IMG/VR virus record: IMGVR_UViG_3300009164_000001 | Location: 19,557-83,556 of that record | DNA: 64,000 nucleotides | DNA from: a virus | Direction: 5' to 3' (one strand) | Translations under genes and position numbers: made by a program | The notes under the pieces: model-generated | Seen by the model: the letters and a program-made list of their open reading frames with translations, nothing else | What the model was told of the DNA's origin: nothing | Databases searched by the model: none | In this document: in pieces, positions 20,947-30,501 of the stretch | How the letters are laid out: every line of letters begins with the position of its first letter | Position numbering within the stretch: position 1 is the first letter of the stretch

Positions 20947-21828
20947 TCAACACATTTTGCCACCCATTTTCTTTTTACCTGCAGCAGCCATAGATTGGAA
21001 TTTGCTTTTTCCGTATTTCTTACGACCAGCAGATGCTGCAATAGCTTCAGCAGATTCTTCAGACTTTCCTTCTTTCTTTAATCCTGAAACCATCTTAGCA
21101 AATCTTCCACCACCACCTGGCTCCATTGTTTTAGCTCCACCTTTTTTATACTTACCTCCCATCATTTTTTGAACAGGGTAGCCATCTTTATCATATCCAG
21201 TCTTTCCTTTATTAGCTTGCCTTGCTTGATTGCTTCTTGCAGTTTCTTCTCTTTTTCGAGATTCTTGAAAAGGTGTAGATTTAAAAATAGAGTCAAGAGA
21301 ACTACCTGGTTTAGAATTTTTTACTAAATCTGCTTGTGTTTTAAATTCAGCCTGTCTTTGATTAGAAAAATATACACTACTATCTGCAGTAGCTTTTAAA
21401 GGATCTCCTGGTTTTTGACCACCATCTTCGTATTTTTTAACTCCACCAGTTTTATACATTTTCTTTTTACCAGCCATGGTAGCTTTACCTTCAGCTTGAT
21501 TTTGACGAGCATTTGCTTGCATACCTGTCTCAAGACCACCCATCATATATTTCATAGGAGGCTTAACACCTGGAGCTTCAAAGTTAATTTCTTTGTTCTC
21601 CTCCATAAAAGATTCTCCCTCTTTACGGGCCTCTTTCATTACTTTCTTTTTAGAGGTCTTGCCTCCTTTTTTATACATTGAGTTCATGTTTTCTTCTTTT
21701 TTAATTTTAGATTCTTGCTTAAGCATTTCTTTTGTAGGTTCTTTGCCAGAACCTTTATTTTTACGGATGTTATCCCAGAGCCCTCTCTTAGAGTATGAAC
21801 CGTCTTTTCTTTTAATCAGCTTGCTCAT
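20947..21828 (-). CDS. Basic low-complexity protein with 7 xxxGG motifs
   Basis: K/G/M-rich; YKKGG x2, YMMGG, YKTGG, YEDGG, KMMGG, KKMGG. Confidence 0.6.
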   Translation of the reverse strand: MSKLIKRKDGSYSKRGLWDNIRKNKGSGKEPTKEMLKQESKIKKEENMNSMYKKGGKTSKKKVMKEARKEGESFMEENKEINFEAPGVKPPMKYMMGGLETGMQANARQNQAEGKATMAGKKKMYKTGGVKKYEDGGQKPGDPLKATADSSVYFSNQRQAEFKTQADLVKNSKPGSSLDSIFKSTPFQESRKREETARSNQARQANKGKTGYDKDGYPVQKMMGGKYKKGGAKTMEPGGGGRFAKMVSGLKKEGKSEESAEAIAASAGRKKYGKSKFQSMAAAGKKKMGGKMC

Positions 21829-22039
21829 CTTCTTTCGGTTTATCTAGCATTTGTCTTTCTTGACGTGCTTTAAGTGCTCTTTCAACATTGAACCAAATCA
21901 GGGTAATACCCCCGATTATTCCTATGATCCAAGTTATACTATTTGTAAACATGGCATATGATATTGTAGCCCATGCTACGTTTAATCCTGCCCATTCTCC
22001 GTATTCGGTTATTTTAGTTGTGTCAATGTTAAAGGCCAT
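21812..22039 (-). CDS. Small membrane protein, holin-like
   Basis: Hydrophobic segments followed by a charged C-terminus. Confidence 0.45.
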   Translation of the reverse strand: MAFNIDTTKITEYGEWAGLNVAWATISYAMFTNSITWIIGIIGGITLIWFNVERALKARQERQMLDKPKEDEQAD

Positions 22040-22050
22040 TATATTAAGTG

Positions 22051-22311
22051 TTACCAGTTACTGCAACTTCCACAGTTCCAGATTCTAAGTGATTTGTTAA
22101 TTCTTGAGTTAGGATCATTTGCTGTTTTAGAGCTAGTAAGTTTGGCCTTCATCCCACACATTCTAGAACAGAATGAGTTTCTCCTGCTACCACCTTTAGG
22201 TTGAGGAGCTTTTAGGTTAGATCCAGGGTTAGCTTTTTCGTAAGACTTTCTGCCTTTTTCGTTTAAACCTCCTTTTGGATTTTTACCTTCTTTATTTTGC
22301 CAAGCTGCCAT
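22051..22311 (-). CDS. Conserved small phage protein (DUF6321-like)
   Basis: AWQNKEGKNPKGGLNEKGRKSY...RRNSFCSRM.GMK...SRINKSLR.WNC; ATG at 22311 preferred over the track GTG. Confidence 0.65.
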   Translation of the reverse strand: MAAWQNKEGKNPKGGLNEKGRKSYEKANPGSNLKAPQPKGGSRRNSFCSRMCGMKAKLTSSKTANDPNSRINKSLRIWNCGSCSNW

Positions 22312-22316
22312 AGTCA

Positions 22317-22324
22317 CAAAGTTA
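22317..22324 (-). promoter_or_regulatory. Bacteroidota -7 element (TAACTTTG)
   Basis: TAnnTTTG 5 nt upstream of ATG at 22311. Confidence 0.6.
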
Positions 22325-22335
22325 GTTAAAATTTT

Positions 22336-23043
22336 TTATTCTTGAGCAGGTTGTTGTGCAGTTTGTGGGGCTCCTCCAGTTAAATCTTGTCCACGGTCAA
22401 GAGCAGTGTCAGAGAATGTTCCAGCTAACAATCGAAGTTCACCATTCATCATACCTTGAGTAATACCTTGAACCATGTCCATAGGCATAGGAAATTGGCT
22501 TGCACCACTGTAACACACTTGTCCTTCACAATCAATGAATTCAGCAACTTCTTCTGGGTCTTCAAAGATTCCACGAATATTTACAGTAGACATGCCGTTA
22601 GGATTGAGGACATATAAGTAATCCTCAATCATAAAGGCTTTGGCATTTTTACCAGTAAATTTATCTGCTGAAATGTAATTGGCCTCAAATGGTTTAATCA
22701 TTTGGATACGGCCTAAACCCGATACATCACCTACATATGTAATGGCTTCTTCAAAGTTAAATCTTACTGTTCTTGGGATCTTTTTTATGCTTCTATAAGC
22801 TTGACATTTTAAATCGATGTTGCAACATTTTGATAAATCAACTTGTTTAAGTTGCACACACTTTAAATCTTGCTCTAAGTGACGAGTTACAAGACCATTT
22901 CTTGCATAGTCTCTACGTATAAATACAGCACGATAGTGCTTAACGTTAAATTTGATTTGGCTCAAGGATATTACCTCATCCTGTGAGCTACGTCCACCTC
23001 TAAATAGATTTAAAAGGTTAAATGAAATTTCATCTAAAGTCAT
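22336..23043 (-). CDS. Tail ring protein
   Basis: MTLDEI...DYLYV...IRGIFEDPEEV...FPMP pattern of crAss ring proteins. Confidence 0.7.
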   Translation of the reverse strand: MTLDEISFNLLNLFRGGRSSQDEVISLSQIKFNVKHYRAVFIRRDYARNGLVTRHLEQDLKCVQLKQVDLSKCCNIDLKCQAYRSIKKIPRTVRFNFEEAITYVGDVSGLGRIQMIKPFEANYISADKFTGKNAKAFMIEDYLYVLNPNGMSTVNIRGIFEDPEEVAEFIDCEGQVCYSGASQFPMPMDMVQGITQGMMNGELRLLAGTFSDTALDRGQDLTGGAPQTAQQPAQE

Positions 23044-23054
23044 CTTTCTGTATT

Positions 23055-24212
23055 TTATCTAACATTGCTTTGTAAATATCCTTCAAGTCCTTCGTCGTGA
23101 TTCCAAATGAATGCCTGAGCTGCCCTGAGTGATTGGTATCCCATCTTCTTATGCCATTCATCTAATGCACATATTGAAGGAAGGAATCTCACCTTAACAC
23201 CTCGGTATTCGTTTACCTGTTCTTTGTGGTAATGCCCACAATGAGCTTCTCTAAACTCAGTTGTTGCAAACATTTCCGGTTGCTCGGTAGCCATTATTAG
23301 TGGCATATCAGCAGGTTTTTCGTTATCTCCGTGGGTAAACATAATCATGTTTTTCCCGTACTTGTAATATTTTCTAGGCATTGTAGAGTTATCTACAGTC
23401 ACACTTGGGTCGTTTCGGTACCACCCGGCCAGGACATCCCCAGCATAAAACATTCTCTCATAATCATGGTTTCCTGATACAACAATAATATCAACGGGAG
23501 CCACATCTTTCAAGAAATCTACTGCTCTAACTATTAGAGTCCAGTATCCTTTAAATGATTCTTTCCACCCTACAGTATCGTGTTGAGGGGTACCCTTTGT
23601 TGTAGCCATTCTCATGCCGTCTGTATTCATTCCATCGTTTCCGATTGGGAGAAGAATCTTTTCGATATTTATCCCTCGACCTTTGTTAACTAAGTCCTCA
23701 ATTGTATCAAGGAATTGTTTCTCCATTTCTTCTAGGGTAATATCTGTTAACTTTCCATAGTGAATGTCGGGGAGAGAAATCTCTAAAGTTGATTTTACTT
23801 TGTAGTCATGCCCTCTCCCTTTAGTTATTACTCTAGCTTTAGGGCTATAACTAGCAGCAAATTCTTCAATGTCTTTTTGAATCTCTTCTGCTGACCTATC
23901 ATTTTTGGTAACTACAGAGAACCGTTGTTCTCCCTTCATGTTTTGCCAGTATTTAACGGAATTGACCATTGAGTGATCAATCCCGTTTTTATCTAAATAC
24001 TGTTCAAATTCTGTAATAACATTGTCAGAATCGTTAGATACTTCAACTGTTACAACTTTTCTATTAACTTCTCTACTCTTTGCCCTTGCAATTTTTAATG
24101 CTGCACTGGCATCGTGTAAACTAACTTTAAATTTTCTAGCTACTAAAGCAGGTCCTTTCTTTAAGAACCATGGCCTGGCCGTTAATGTCTGGGTTAGTTC
24201 TAGTAGAGTCAT
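23055..24212 (-). CDS. Calcineurin-like metallophosphoesterase
   Basis: DIHYG, GND, GNHD, HGD and GHYH motifs in canonical order. Confidence 0.85.
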   Translation of the reverse strand: MTLLELTQTLTARPWFLKKGPALVARKFKVSLHDASAALKIARAKSREVNRKVVTVEVSNDSDNVITEFEQYLDKNGIDHSMVNSVKYWQNMKGEQRFSVVTKNDRSAEEIQKDIEEFAASYSPKARVITKGRGHDYKVKSTLEISLPDIHYGKLTDITLEEMEKQFLDTIEDLVNKGRGINIEKILLPIGNDGMNTDGMRMATTKGTPQHDTVGWKESFKGYWTLIVRAVDFLKDVAPVDIIVVSGNHDYERMFYAGDVLAGWYRNDPSVTVDNSTMPRKYYKYGKNMIMFTHGDNEKPADMPLIMATEQPEMFATTEFREAHCGHYHKEQVNEYRGVKVRFLPSICALDEWHKKMGYQSLRAAQAFIWNHDEGLEGYLQSNVR

Positions 24213-24646
24213 TATGCTACATATAATCTTATTTTAAATACAAGTCCATACACAGGAATATGAGATCCTGCTCCATCACTGACTGGGTTAATTGTAAATT
24301 TATAATCTACTACTTCTGCAGCCCATTGTGTGATTCCAGCAGTATAGGTGCTGTTCATTTCAGATATTAAAGTTGAGTCAATAATGCTTGCTAAAGACAC
24401 TCTAATGTCTCTTGTAGCAGCATAAGGACTATTTGCAGGAAGTTCAGTCCCCATAGCTACGTAAGTTTCATTATATATACTTGGTATATTAGTATTGAAA
24501 CCTGTAGGAACCTTTAAGTTGCTTAGTCTTAGGTTTGAACCTGCAATAACACCTGATTTATTTATCCAAAAGTTTGTAGACAATGGTTGTTCAAGCTCTT
24601 GACGAATATTTTCTAGTAGCTGGTCGGTAGTAGTATAGTACGGCAT
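24212..24646 (-). CDS. Hypothetical protein (tail region)
   Basis: 144-aa ORF tightly packed in the operon. Confidence 0.55.
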   Translation of the reverse strand: MPYYTTTDQLLENIRQELEQPLSTNFWINKSGVIAGSNLRLSNLKVPTGFNTNIPSIYNETYVAMGTELPANSPYAATRDIRVSLASIIDSTLISEMNSTYTAGITQWAAEVVDYKFTINPVSDGAGSHIPVYGLVFKIRLYVA

Positions 24647-24650
24647 TATA

Positions 24651-25076
24651 TTAATTTATTAGTTTTGAAATCATTTCAAGTTGCTCTGCATTAAGGTCTT
24701 CTGGAAGAATTTTCTCATTAATCATCTTAAGTTCAAGAGTAACTTCTTCGTCAAGTTTTGCTTGCACTTCTGCTAACTGTGCTTTACGGCTTTCTACCAG
24801 TTCAGCATTTTCTTCTTCTAACTGTTTTAGGCCAGCTTCGTTTTCTTCTTTTATAAGTTGTTGAGCTTTCATTGAAAGTTCAATAAACTCTTGAGAAGGT
24901 GTTGCCATTGCTTCTAACTCATCTAATTGTTCTCTAATAACTTTAGAGTTGATTAAATTGATAGTAGCATACTTAACATTTTTAACATCTTTAGTTTCGT
25001 TAAAAACTTGAAACATGTTTAAAAATTCTCTTTTTGTCCCAGTGATGTTCACACCGTTTCCTTTTGCTTGTAACAT
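24651..25076 (-). CDS. Hypothetical coiled-coil protein, possible fibre chaperone
   Basis: Acidic helical ORF directly after the tail fibre gene. Confidence 0.5.
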   Translation of the reverse strand: MLQAKGNGVNITGTKREFLNMFQVFNETKDVKNVKYATINLINSKVIREQLDELEAMATPSQEFIELSMKAQQLIKEENEAGLKQLEEENAELVESRKAQLAEVQAKLDEEVTLELKMINEKILPEDLNAEQLEMISKLIN

Positions 25077-25101
25077 ATAACTATTTGTATTGGTTTATTA
25101 T

Positions 25102-26376
25102 TTATTCTGCTGTAGCATACACTCTGATCCATGCATCTACACCGTTAATTTGTACTTTAATTGCTCCAGTTTTAGCTGCAGCTGATGCAGTTGAACTAGA
25201 TAAAGAGTTAGCTGATGCTGCACCAACAGTTCCTTGGAAATTAGTAAAAGCTATTGTTGTTGAAGCAGCTGTTTGGATTACTTTACCTGCAGTTCCTGAA
25301 GTGGTGTTTCCAGGAGTAAGATTAATACTTCCTGCAGTACCACTTGTAGAGTCTCCTGCTACAAGATTAATTCCACCTGCAGACCCACTGTCTGCATTTC
25401 CTCCTCCTAATGTTATTTGACCACCTGCTCCAGATCCTGTAACTACGCCTCCACCTGCAATGTTTACTTGACCTCCTGCACCTGTAGTGTTTCCAGTTCC
25501 AGCATATAACCAAAGTGTGCTTCCTGCTACACCTGCAGCAGTTGAATTTGCACCTTGAATTACAAAAAATCCTGGAGTTGCAGAACTTCCCATCGAAATG
25601 TATTGATTAACATTTCCGTTAAGTGCAATGCTATTGTTTACGTTAAGATCGTAAGTGTAGAAAGCTGTTGGAGTAGAGCTACCTACGAATACTCTTCCTG
25701 ATGAATCTACTTTGATACCTTCATTGTTTCCATCCCCACTAATCCAACCTGTTCCGTAAATGTTATAAGTTGAAGCATTTAAGTTAGCAGTTAGGGTGCT
25801 TAAGTTAGCGGCAATTGTAATAGTACCAATACCGTTGGTAATTGTAACATTTGCTCCTGCAGTTAAGTTAGCAAGAACTGGAGATAAGCCTGTACGACCG
25901 ATTGGAATCTGACCGTCAGTTGCAACTCCTAATGCTGTTAGAGCTGAAGTTCCGTTACCCACATACAAGCTGTTGCTTGTTAAAGTAGCTAGGCCGGTAC
26001 CACCGTTAGCGACAGGCAGTGTTCCTGTTACTTGACTGGTTAAACTTATTGTCCCAGATAAAAACTGAGATGTAGCATTATTACAAAGAGCTAAGTTGAT
26101 GTTTGCAGGGTTAACCTGAAGAGTAATGTTATCACTTGCAGTAGCAACTGTTAGCAAACTATCTAGAGACTTTATCCCTTTAAAGTTTAGATTGTTTTTA
26201 GTTGTTACACTTATAAACAAAGCCTCACTACCAGTTCCTACTGTAGTTACTGTAGGAAACAAGTCTTGAATTAAAAACTTGTAGTTAGTTGGAACAGTTG
26301 AGTTAGCTATTAATAAGTAATCGGTTGCTCCGATACTTGTTTTAGCTAATGCTGGTAATGAGGTAATAGTTGCCAT
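25102..26376 (-). CDS. Tail fibre protein
   Basis: T/G/A/S-rich; GTLPVANGGTG, AGANVTIT and repeated GG.I.I.GG beta repeats. Confidence 0.75.
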   Translation of the reverse strand: MATITSLPALAKTSIGATDYLLIANSTVPTNYKFLIQDLFPTVTTVGTGSEALFISVTTKNNLNFKGIKSLDSLLTVATASDNITLQVNPANINLALCNNATSQFLSGTISLTSQVTGTLPVANGGTGLATLTSNSLYVGNGTSALTALGVATDGQIPIGRTGLSPVLANLTAGANVTITNGIGTITIAANLSTLTANLNASTYNIYGTGWISGDGNNEGIKVDSSGRVFVGSSTPTAFYTYDLNVNNSIALNGNVNQYISMGSSATPGFFVIQGANSTAAGVAGSTLWLYAGTGNTTGAGGQVNIAGGGVVTGSGAGGQITLGGGNADSGSAGGINLVAGDSTSGTAGSINLTPGNTTSGTAGKVIQTAASTTIAFTNFQGTVGAASANSLSSSTASAAAKTGAIKVQINGVDAWIRVYATAE

Positions 26377-26383
26377 TTCTTTA

Positions 26384-26815
26384 TTATAAGTTTATGTTTC
26401 CACCGTTTTCTAGTGTAATTTCAGTTACACCATCTTCAGCAAATAGTCTATATGTAGTAGCTGCTGCAGTAGTAGCAGGTACAAGGGTTGAGGTAATACA
26501 GTCTTTGCAAAATCTTGAGGCAAAATTTACAAAACTTTGCAAATGCCCAGCAGAAGTAAGAGTTGTTTCAGAAAAATCTAATTGAACCATTCCTGGAAAA
26601 GCAGTTTCGTCAAATATACAGTCAAGGCCTATATCTGATCTATTCCCCAAAAGATAAATAATTAACTCTAACTTCAATAAATCAGAGTTACTGTATTTCA
26701 TTCCTCCAACAAGTCTATTATGATACACAGTACCTTTAGTATCTAAGCAAGTTTTATAAGAACTTAGCAGAGTTGTAAAGGGTGTATTATTAATTGAGTT
26801 AGGAATGTATCCCAT
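26384..26815 (-). CDS. Putative tail hub protein
   Basis: Likely start MGYIPNS at 26815; Cys-containing; sits between the auxiliary capsid and fibre genes. Confidence 0.45.
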   Translation of the reverse strand: MGYIPNSINNTPFTTLLSSYKTCLDTKGTVYHNRLVGGMKYSNSDLLKLELIIYLLGNRSDIGLDCIFDETAFPGMVQLDFSETTLTSAGHLQSFVNFASRFCKDCITSTLVPATTAAATTYRLFAEDGVTEITLENGGNINL

Positions 26816-26826
26816 TTTATATATTT

Positions 26827-27297
26827 TTAGCAGCCACAGCCACAAGTTTCATCACAGAAACTTTTAGCAGTTTTGTACTTATTAATTGCATCGGTAATGT
26901 TGCTATTTATCACAGCATATTTTGCTGATTCTGATAACAAATGAATTTTTTCAGCTTTTCTCAAGTCGTCATCACATTTACTGCAATTGCATGCACAGTC
27001 TATTGACGTCTGCAATAGATTTGCAACACAGCAGTCAAGTTCACAAGTTCCAATTAAGTATGCTCTAGGAGTGTTTACATCTCCTATATCTTCTAACACT
27101 GTTAAAACACCACTTAAAGAAATCATGCTAGATGTAACAGTCCAAGTGTTGCCTACTACTCCTCCTGCAATACTTGCATAGATAGTTGCTCCAGATACTT
27201 CGTTAGTTAAAAGATCTGCGGCACCAGGAGCTGATGAATACACCAATGTTAGTGTTTTGCAATCTGCTGATAATGTGGAGCTGGTTAAAGTAGCCAT
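26827..27297 (-). CDS. Putative tail hub protein (Cys-rich C-terminus)
   Basis: LDCC...CACNC...CGCGC; crAss-like gene order. Confidence 0.5.
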   Translation of the reverse strand: MATLTSSTLSADCKTLTLVYSSAPGAADLLTNEVSGATIYASIAGGVVGNTWTVTSSMISLSGVLTVLEDIGDVNTPRAYLIGTCELDCCVANLLQTSIDCACNCSKCDDDLRKAEKIHLLSESAKYAVINSNITDAINKYKTAKSFCDETCGCGC

Positions 27298-27325
27298 TGG
27301 AGATTAATTTAAGTGTAAAGATAAT

Positions 27326-27355
27326 AAAAAGTAGGGGATTGCTCCCCCACTTTTT
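27326..27355 (-). terminator. Intrinsic terminator
   Basis: Minus strand AAAAAGTGGGGGA-GCAA-TCCCCTACTTTTT, just after the 27371 stop. Confidence 0.8.
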
Positions 27356-27370
27356 AGATTTAGTTTAAGA

Positions 27371-28396
27371 TTATACAGTCTGTAATACAAAGTCAGCAAT
27401 TTGCTGCTCATCAACTCCAGCTGCAATACCAAGTGCAGTACCAATAGTTCCAAGTGCGGCCAAAGCAGTAGAAGAAGTTCCTACGAAAATCTTCAATGTG
27501 TTGATTTCACCTGCACGAGCAATACCTGTAGAAGCTGGCCAATCATGCTTGTACTGAATTTCAATCATATCGTACTTGTATCCAGGTTGAGCATAGTCAA
27601 CTTGAGCTACAGGGAAATACATACGGTTGAAGTTACCATAACGAGCACGTTGTGATTTCTCTGCAGAAATTACTTGAGTGTAGTTAGTAGCAGGAGTAGT
27701 ACGAGAAGGAGTAACAGTTCCAGCTGCTCCAGTTCCATCAGAATTCTGAACAACTACATCAAATTCAACACCTACGTGACGAGCAGTCATAACTAAAGTA
27801 GTAGTACCACTTGTAGCAAAGATTGAATTTAAAGTTGGATTAGCAGCAATTGCATTTTTTACAAAAGTAACAGCAAGAGTAGGAGTAGCAGTAGAAACTA
27901 CTGGAATCTCTACGTTGAAGATCTGACGACCAGCAGCAAAGTTACCAACCAATGGGAATACTTTTCCAGCTCCTGTAGTATCTAAGTTAAGATTACTAGG
28001 ATTTGCAAAAGCCTCATAATTGGTAGGAGCAGTACGAAGTGCAATACGAACCATTACGTTCTTAGTTGTACCCATTGCTGGGGTACCTGCAGGATCCCAA
28101 GTTATAACTGCATTTGATTGAGCATCAAGTGCAAAACCGTTGTAGTTAATACGAACGATGTTAGCAACATCGATGATCGGGGTAGAGATAATATTACCCA
28201 ATGTTTGCTGAGTAAATTGAACTCTTGTTACTGCAGTAGTAGCAAGGTCTGTTGCAAAGTAATCAGCTGTATCTACATTGTAGATTCCCATTTTAGTAGC
28301 ATTTGCTGTAGCAGCAGAAGTGTTGAAAGCAACACCAGCAGCCAATAGGGCTGTGTCATGTACTACGAACACTTGAGATAGATTAGTCGGTGCCAT
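27371..28396 (-). CDS. Putative auxiliary capsid/structural protein
   Basis: A/T/V-rich, followed by a terminator, lies downstream of the MCP cluster. Confidence 0.55.
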   Translation of the reverse strand: MAPTNLSQVFVVHDTALLAAGVAFNTSAATANATKMGIYNVDTADYFATDLATTAVTRVQFTQQTLGNIISTPIIDVANIVRINYNGFALDAQSNAVITWDPAGTPAMGTTKNVMVRIALRTAPTNYEAFANPSNLNLDTTGAGKVFPLVGNFAAGRQIFNVEIPVVSTATPTLAVTFVKNAIAANPTLNSIFATSGTTTLVMTARHVGVEFDVVVQNSDGTGAAGTVTPSRTTPATNYTQVISAEKSQRARYGNFNRMYFPVAQVDYAQPGYKYDMIEIQYKHDWPASTGIARAGEINTLKIFVGTSSTALAALGTIGTALGIAAGVDEQQIADFVLQTV

Positions 28397-28432
28397 TTTA
28401 ATTTAGTTTTAGGCGTTTAACACATTATTTAA

Positions 28433-29566
28433 TTATTCACTCTCCAATGTTTCCATTGATTGAGTTTGATACCTTGGGTCTTGAATACCTTCTAGTATGC
28501 TTTTTATAGTCATTTCAATTATTTCGTGATGAGTGTGAACAGCTAGCTCACATCCAATTCCTTTTGTAATTGAAATTTCTAAAGGTTTCCGAATATACTT
28601 AATTGTAACTTTCGGAACTACAAATTCGTTATCGGTGTAAACATCGATATAATTTCCTTCTATTGTATATGTTGGCTCTTTGTACCAAGCTTTATTAAAT
28701 GGATCATCCATCATATACAGAATATCATCATGTTGGCCAAATGAGGCCAGTGAAGTCATTTGTTTAGACCCGTCAGACTTTCGAGTTGTTTTAGCAGCTA
28801 CTTCGATTTCATTGCTAAAAACAGGTGGTAGTTGACCAGCCATATTTCCATTTGATGGCATCCATGTTAAACTAACATAGTTAGGTCCGTACCAAATTGG
28901 ATCTCCAGTGTAATCTGCATACTTAATCAAATACAAATGATTGCTATCAGCTTGTATAGGATCTTGAGTGGTAATCCCGTAGTTTACAACTTCAGCAGAT
29001 GTTGCAGGCAAAATTCCAAAATTATAATTATTGTTGTTAATTAATAAATCTGGGGTAATTTCCTGCCCTAAAGGTAGGTTAGTTATAATTTCATAAGTTC
29101 CTACTGAATTTCTTCTAGAAATAGCAGTTAAAACGTACCCAGGTGCAGGTGGAGTTAAATCTATTTTTATTGCTTTTGTAACAGTTTCTTCCGATACAAT
29201 TGCAACAGCTCCTCCACATCCGTATTGAACAAGTGTTCTTACTGATATAAGAAACAGATAGTCTAGTGGAAGGGTATACCTATCCACATAGACATCTGAA
29301 TAATTTGAAGTATAAACTACTCCTTGGCTATCAGTAGAGTTTGAATGTTCTACTAATAGTGTGCGAAGATCGTCTATTCTTTTTTGAGACTGCTCGAAAC
29401 CTTTACCAATACGGTTAGACGTAGGGCTAAATCTTTGCTTGATAAATCTCATCATAGCAAGGTTCAACTCATGGTCTATCTCCTGAGGTAACAAGTTGTC
29501 AACCTGGAAGGATGCAATTTTTTGCACCCCTTGGTTGACAGCTATATGCATTTCGTTAACAGTCAT
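28433..29566 (-). CDS. Head-tail ring protein
   Basis: MTVNEMHI...PQEID..LN...GFEQSQKRIDDLRTL...YIRKP...CEL..HTH.EI. Confidence 0.75.
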   Translation of the reverse strand: MTVNEMHIAVNQGVQKIASFQVDNLLPQEIDHELNLAMMRFIKQRFSPTSNRIGKGFEQSQKRIDDLRTLLVEHSNSTDSQGVVYTSNYSDVYVDRYTLPLDYLFLISVRTLVQYGCGGAVAIVSEETVTKAIKIDLTPPAPGYVLTAISRRNSVGTYEIITNLPLGQEITPDLLINNNNYNFGILPATSAEVVNYGITTQDPIQADSNHLYLIKYADYTGDPIWYGPNYVSLTWMPSNGNMAGQLPPVFSNEIEVAAKTTRKSDGSKQMTSLASFGQHDDILYMMDDPFNKAWYKEPTYTIEGNYIDVYTDNEFVVPKVTIKYIRKPLEISITKGIGCELAVHTHHEIIEMTIKSILEGIQDPRYQTQSMETLESE

Positions 29567-29584
29567 CGACTAGTTAGGTTTTGG

Positions 29585-30388
29585 TTAAGATACTTCTTTC
29601 AATCTTGCTTTCATTACATTAACTTGCCCAGAGTTTTTCTTGTTTTTGAAGTATGTGATTGTGTCTTTCATGTCTTCTCCAATTGTTTCGTCCCCAAAAA
29701 TAATTTGGTTACCAATTTTACGAAGAACAGAAGCTTCAACCATTTCTTCAATTTCTGCTTGGATCTCAAGGTTTGGATCTTTGCAGTATTTCAAGAATCG
29801 TTCTGGGTTAGAATTTTTGTAATCATACAAGTTATTTTCTAATTCCAGTTCTGCCATTCTGTTAGGATCTGTGTTTAATAACACTCGTGCTAACACTTTC
29901 ATTTTGTCAAGATCACTAGATACTTTGATAAACTCTCTATCAGCATCTTTTCTTACTTGAACCTTTTCGTTACGTTTCAACAAATCTTTTTCTGGATCGT
30001 AAATGTAAAACCTTTTACCGGTTTGTTCTTTCATCTCCTCTTCGTTGATTGCAACTTGACGGTGTTTTAAAGCCCATTTGTAGATAATGTATTCCATTCT
30101 CTCTTCAGGTTCTCCGTCTTCATCTACAGTAATGTTCAATTCAACCCCTTCAAATGGGACCTTAACACTAAGGCTTGCCCAAAAGTCTTTGGTTTTTTCT
30201 GGCCATTTCTCATGTCCAGGTGGTACATCAATAATTCCTTTTAGAAGTTTTGCTTCTTCTGTGTCAGTCAATCCTCTGAGTGGCTGACGGTCCACAAAAA
30301 GTGAACCTAATTTGATCTTTGCTCCTGCTCTGATCTCTTTTGGGAGGTGATTTAACACTTCCTTTCTTCTCAAAATAACTTTTCTCAT
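29585..30388 (-). CDS. Conserved crAss-like protein downstream of MCP
   Basis: Gene order; FW..L, HRQVA, RFYIYD motifs. Confidence 0.6.
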   Translation of the reverse strand: MRKVILRRKEVLNHLPKEIRAGAKIKLGSLFVDRQPLRGLTDTEEAKLLKGIIDVPPGHEKWPEKTKDFWASLSVKVPFEGVELNITVDEDGEPEERMEYIIYKWALKHRQVAINEEEMKEQTGKRFYIYDPEKDLLKRNEKVQVRKDADREFIKVSSDLDKMKVLARVLLNTDPNRMAELELENNLYDYKNSNPERFLKYCKDPNLEIQAEIEEMVEASVLRKIGNQIIFGDETIGEDMKDTITYFKNKKNSGQVNVMKARLKEVS

Positions 30389-30451
30389 TTTATAGTTCTT
30401 TTTTCTTTATCGTTAGGGGAAAGAATAACCTAACATGTTTTTATATAAGAT

Positions 30452-30483
30452 AAAAAGGAGCAGGCAGAACCTGCCCCTTTTTT
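30452..30483 (-). terminator. Intrinsic terminator after MCP
   Basis: Minus strand AAAAAAGGGGCAGG-TTCTG-CCTGCTCCTTTTT. Confidence 0.8.
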
Positions 30484-30501
30484 AGTGCAAACCAACACAA
30501 A

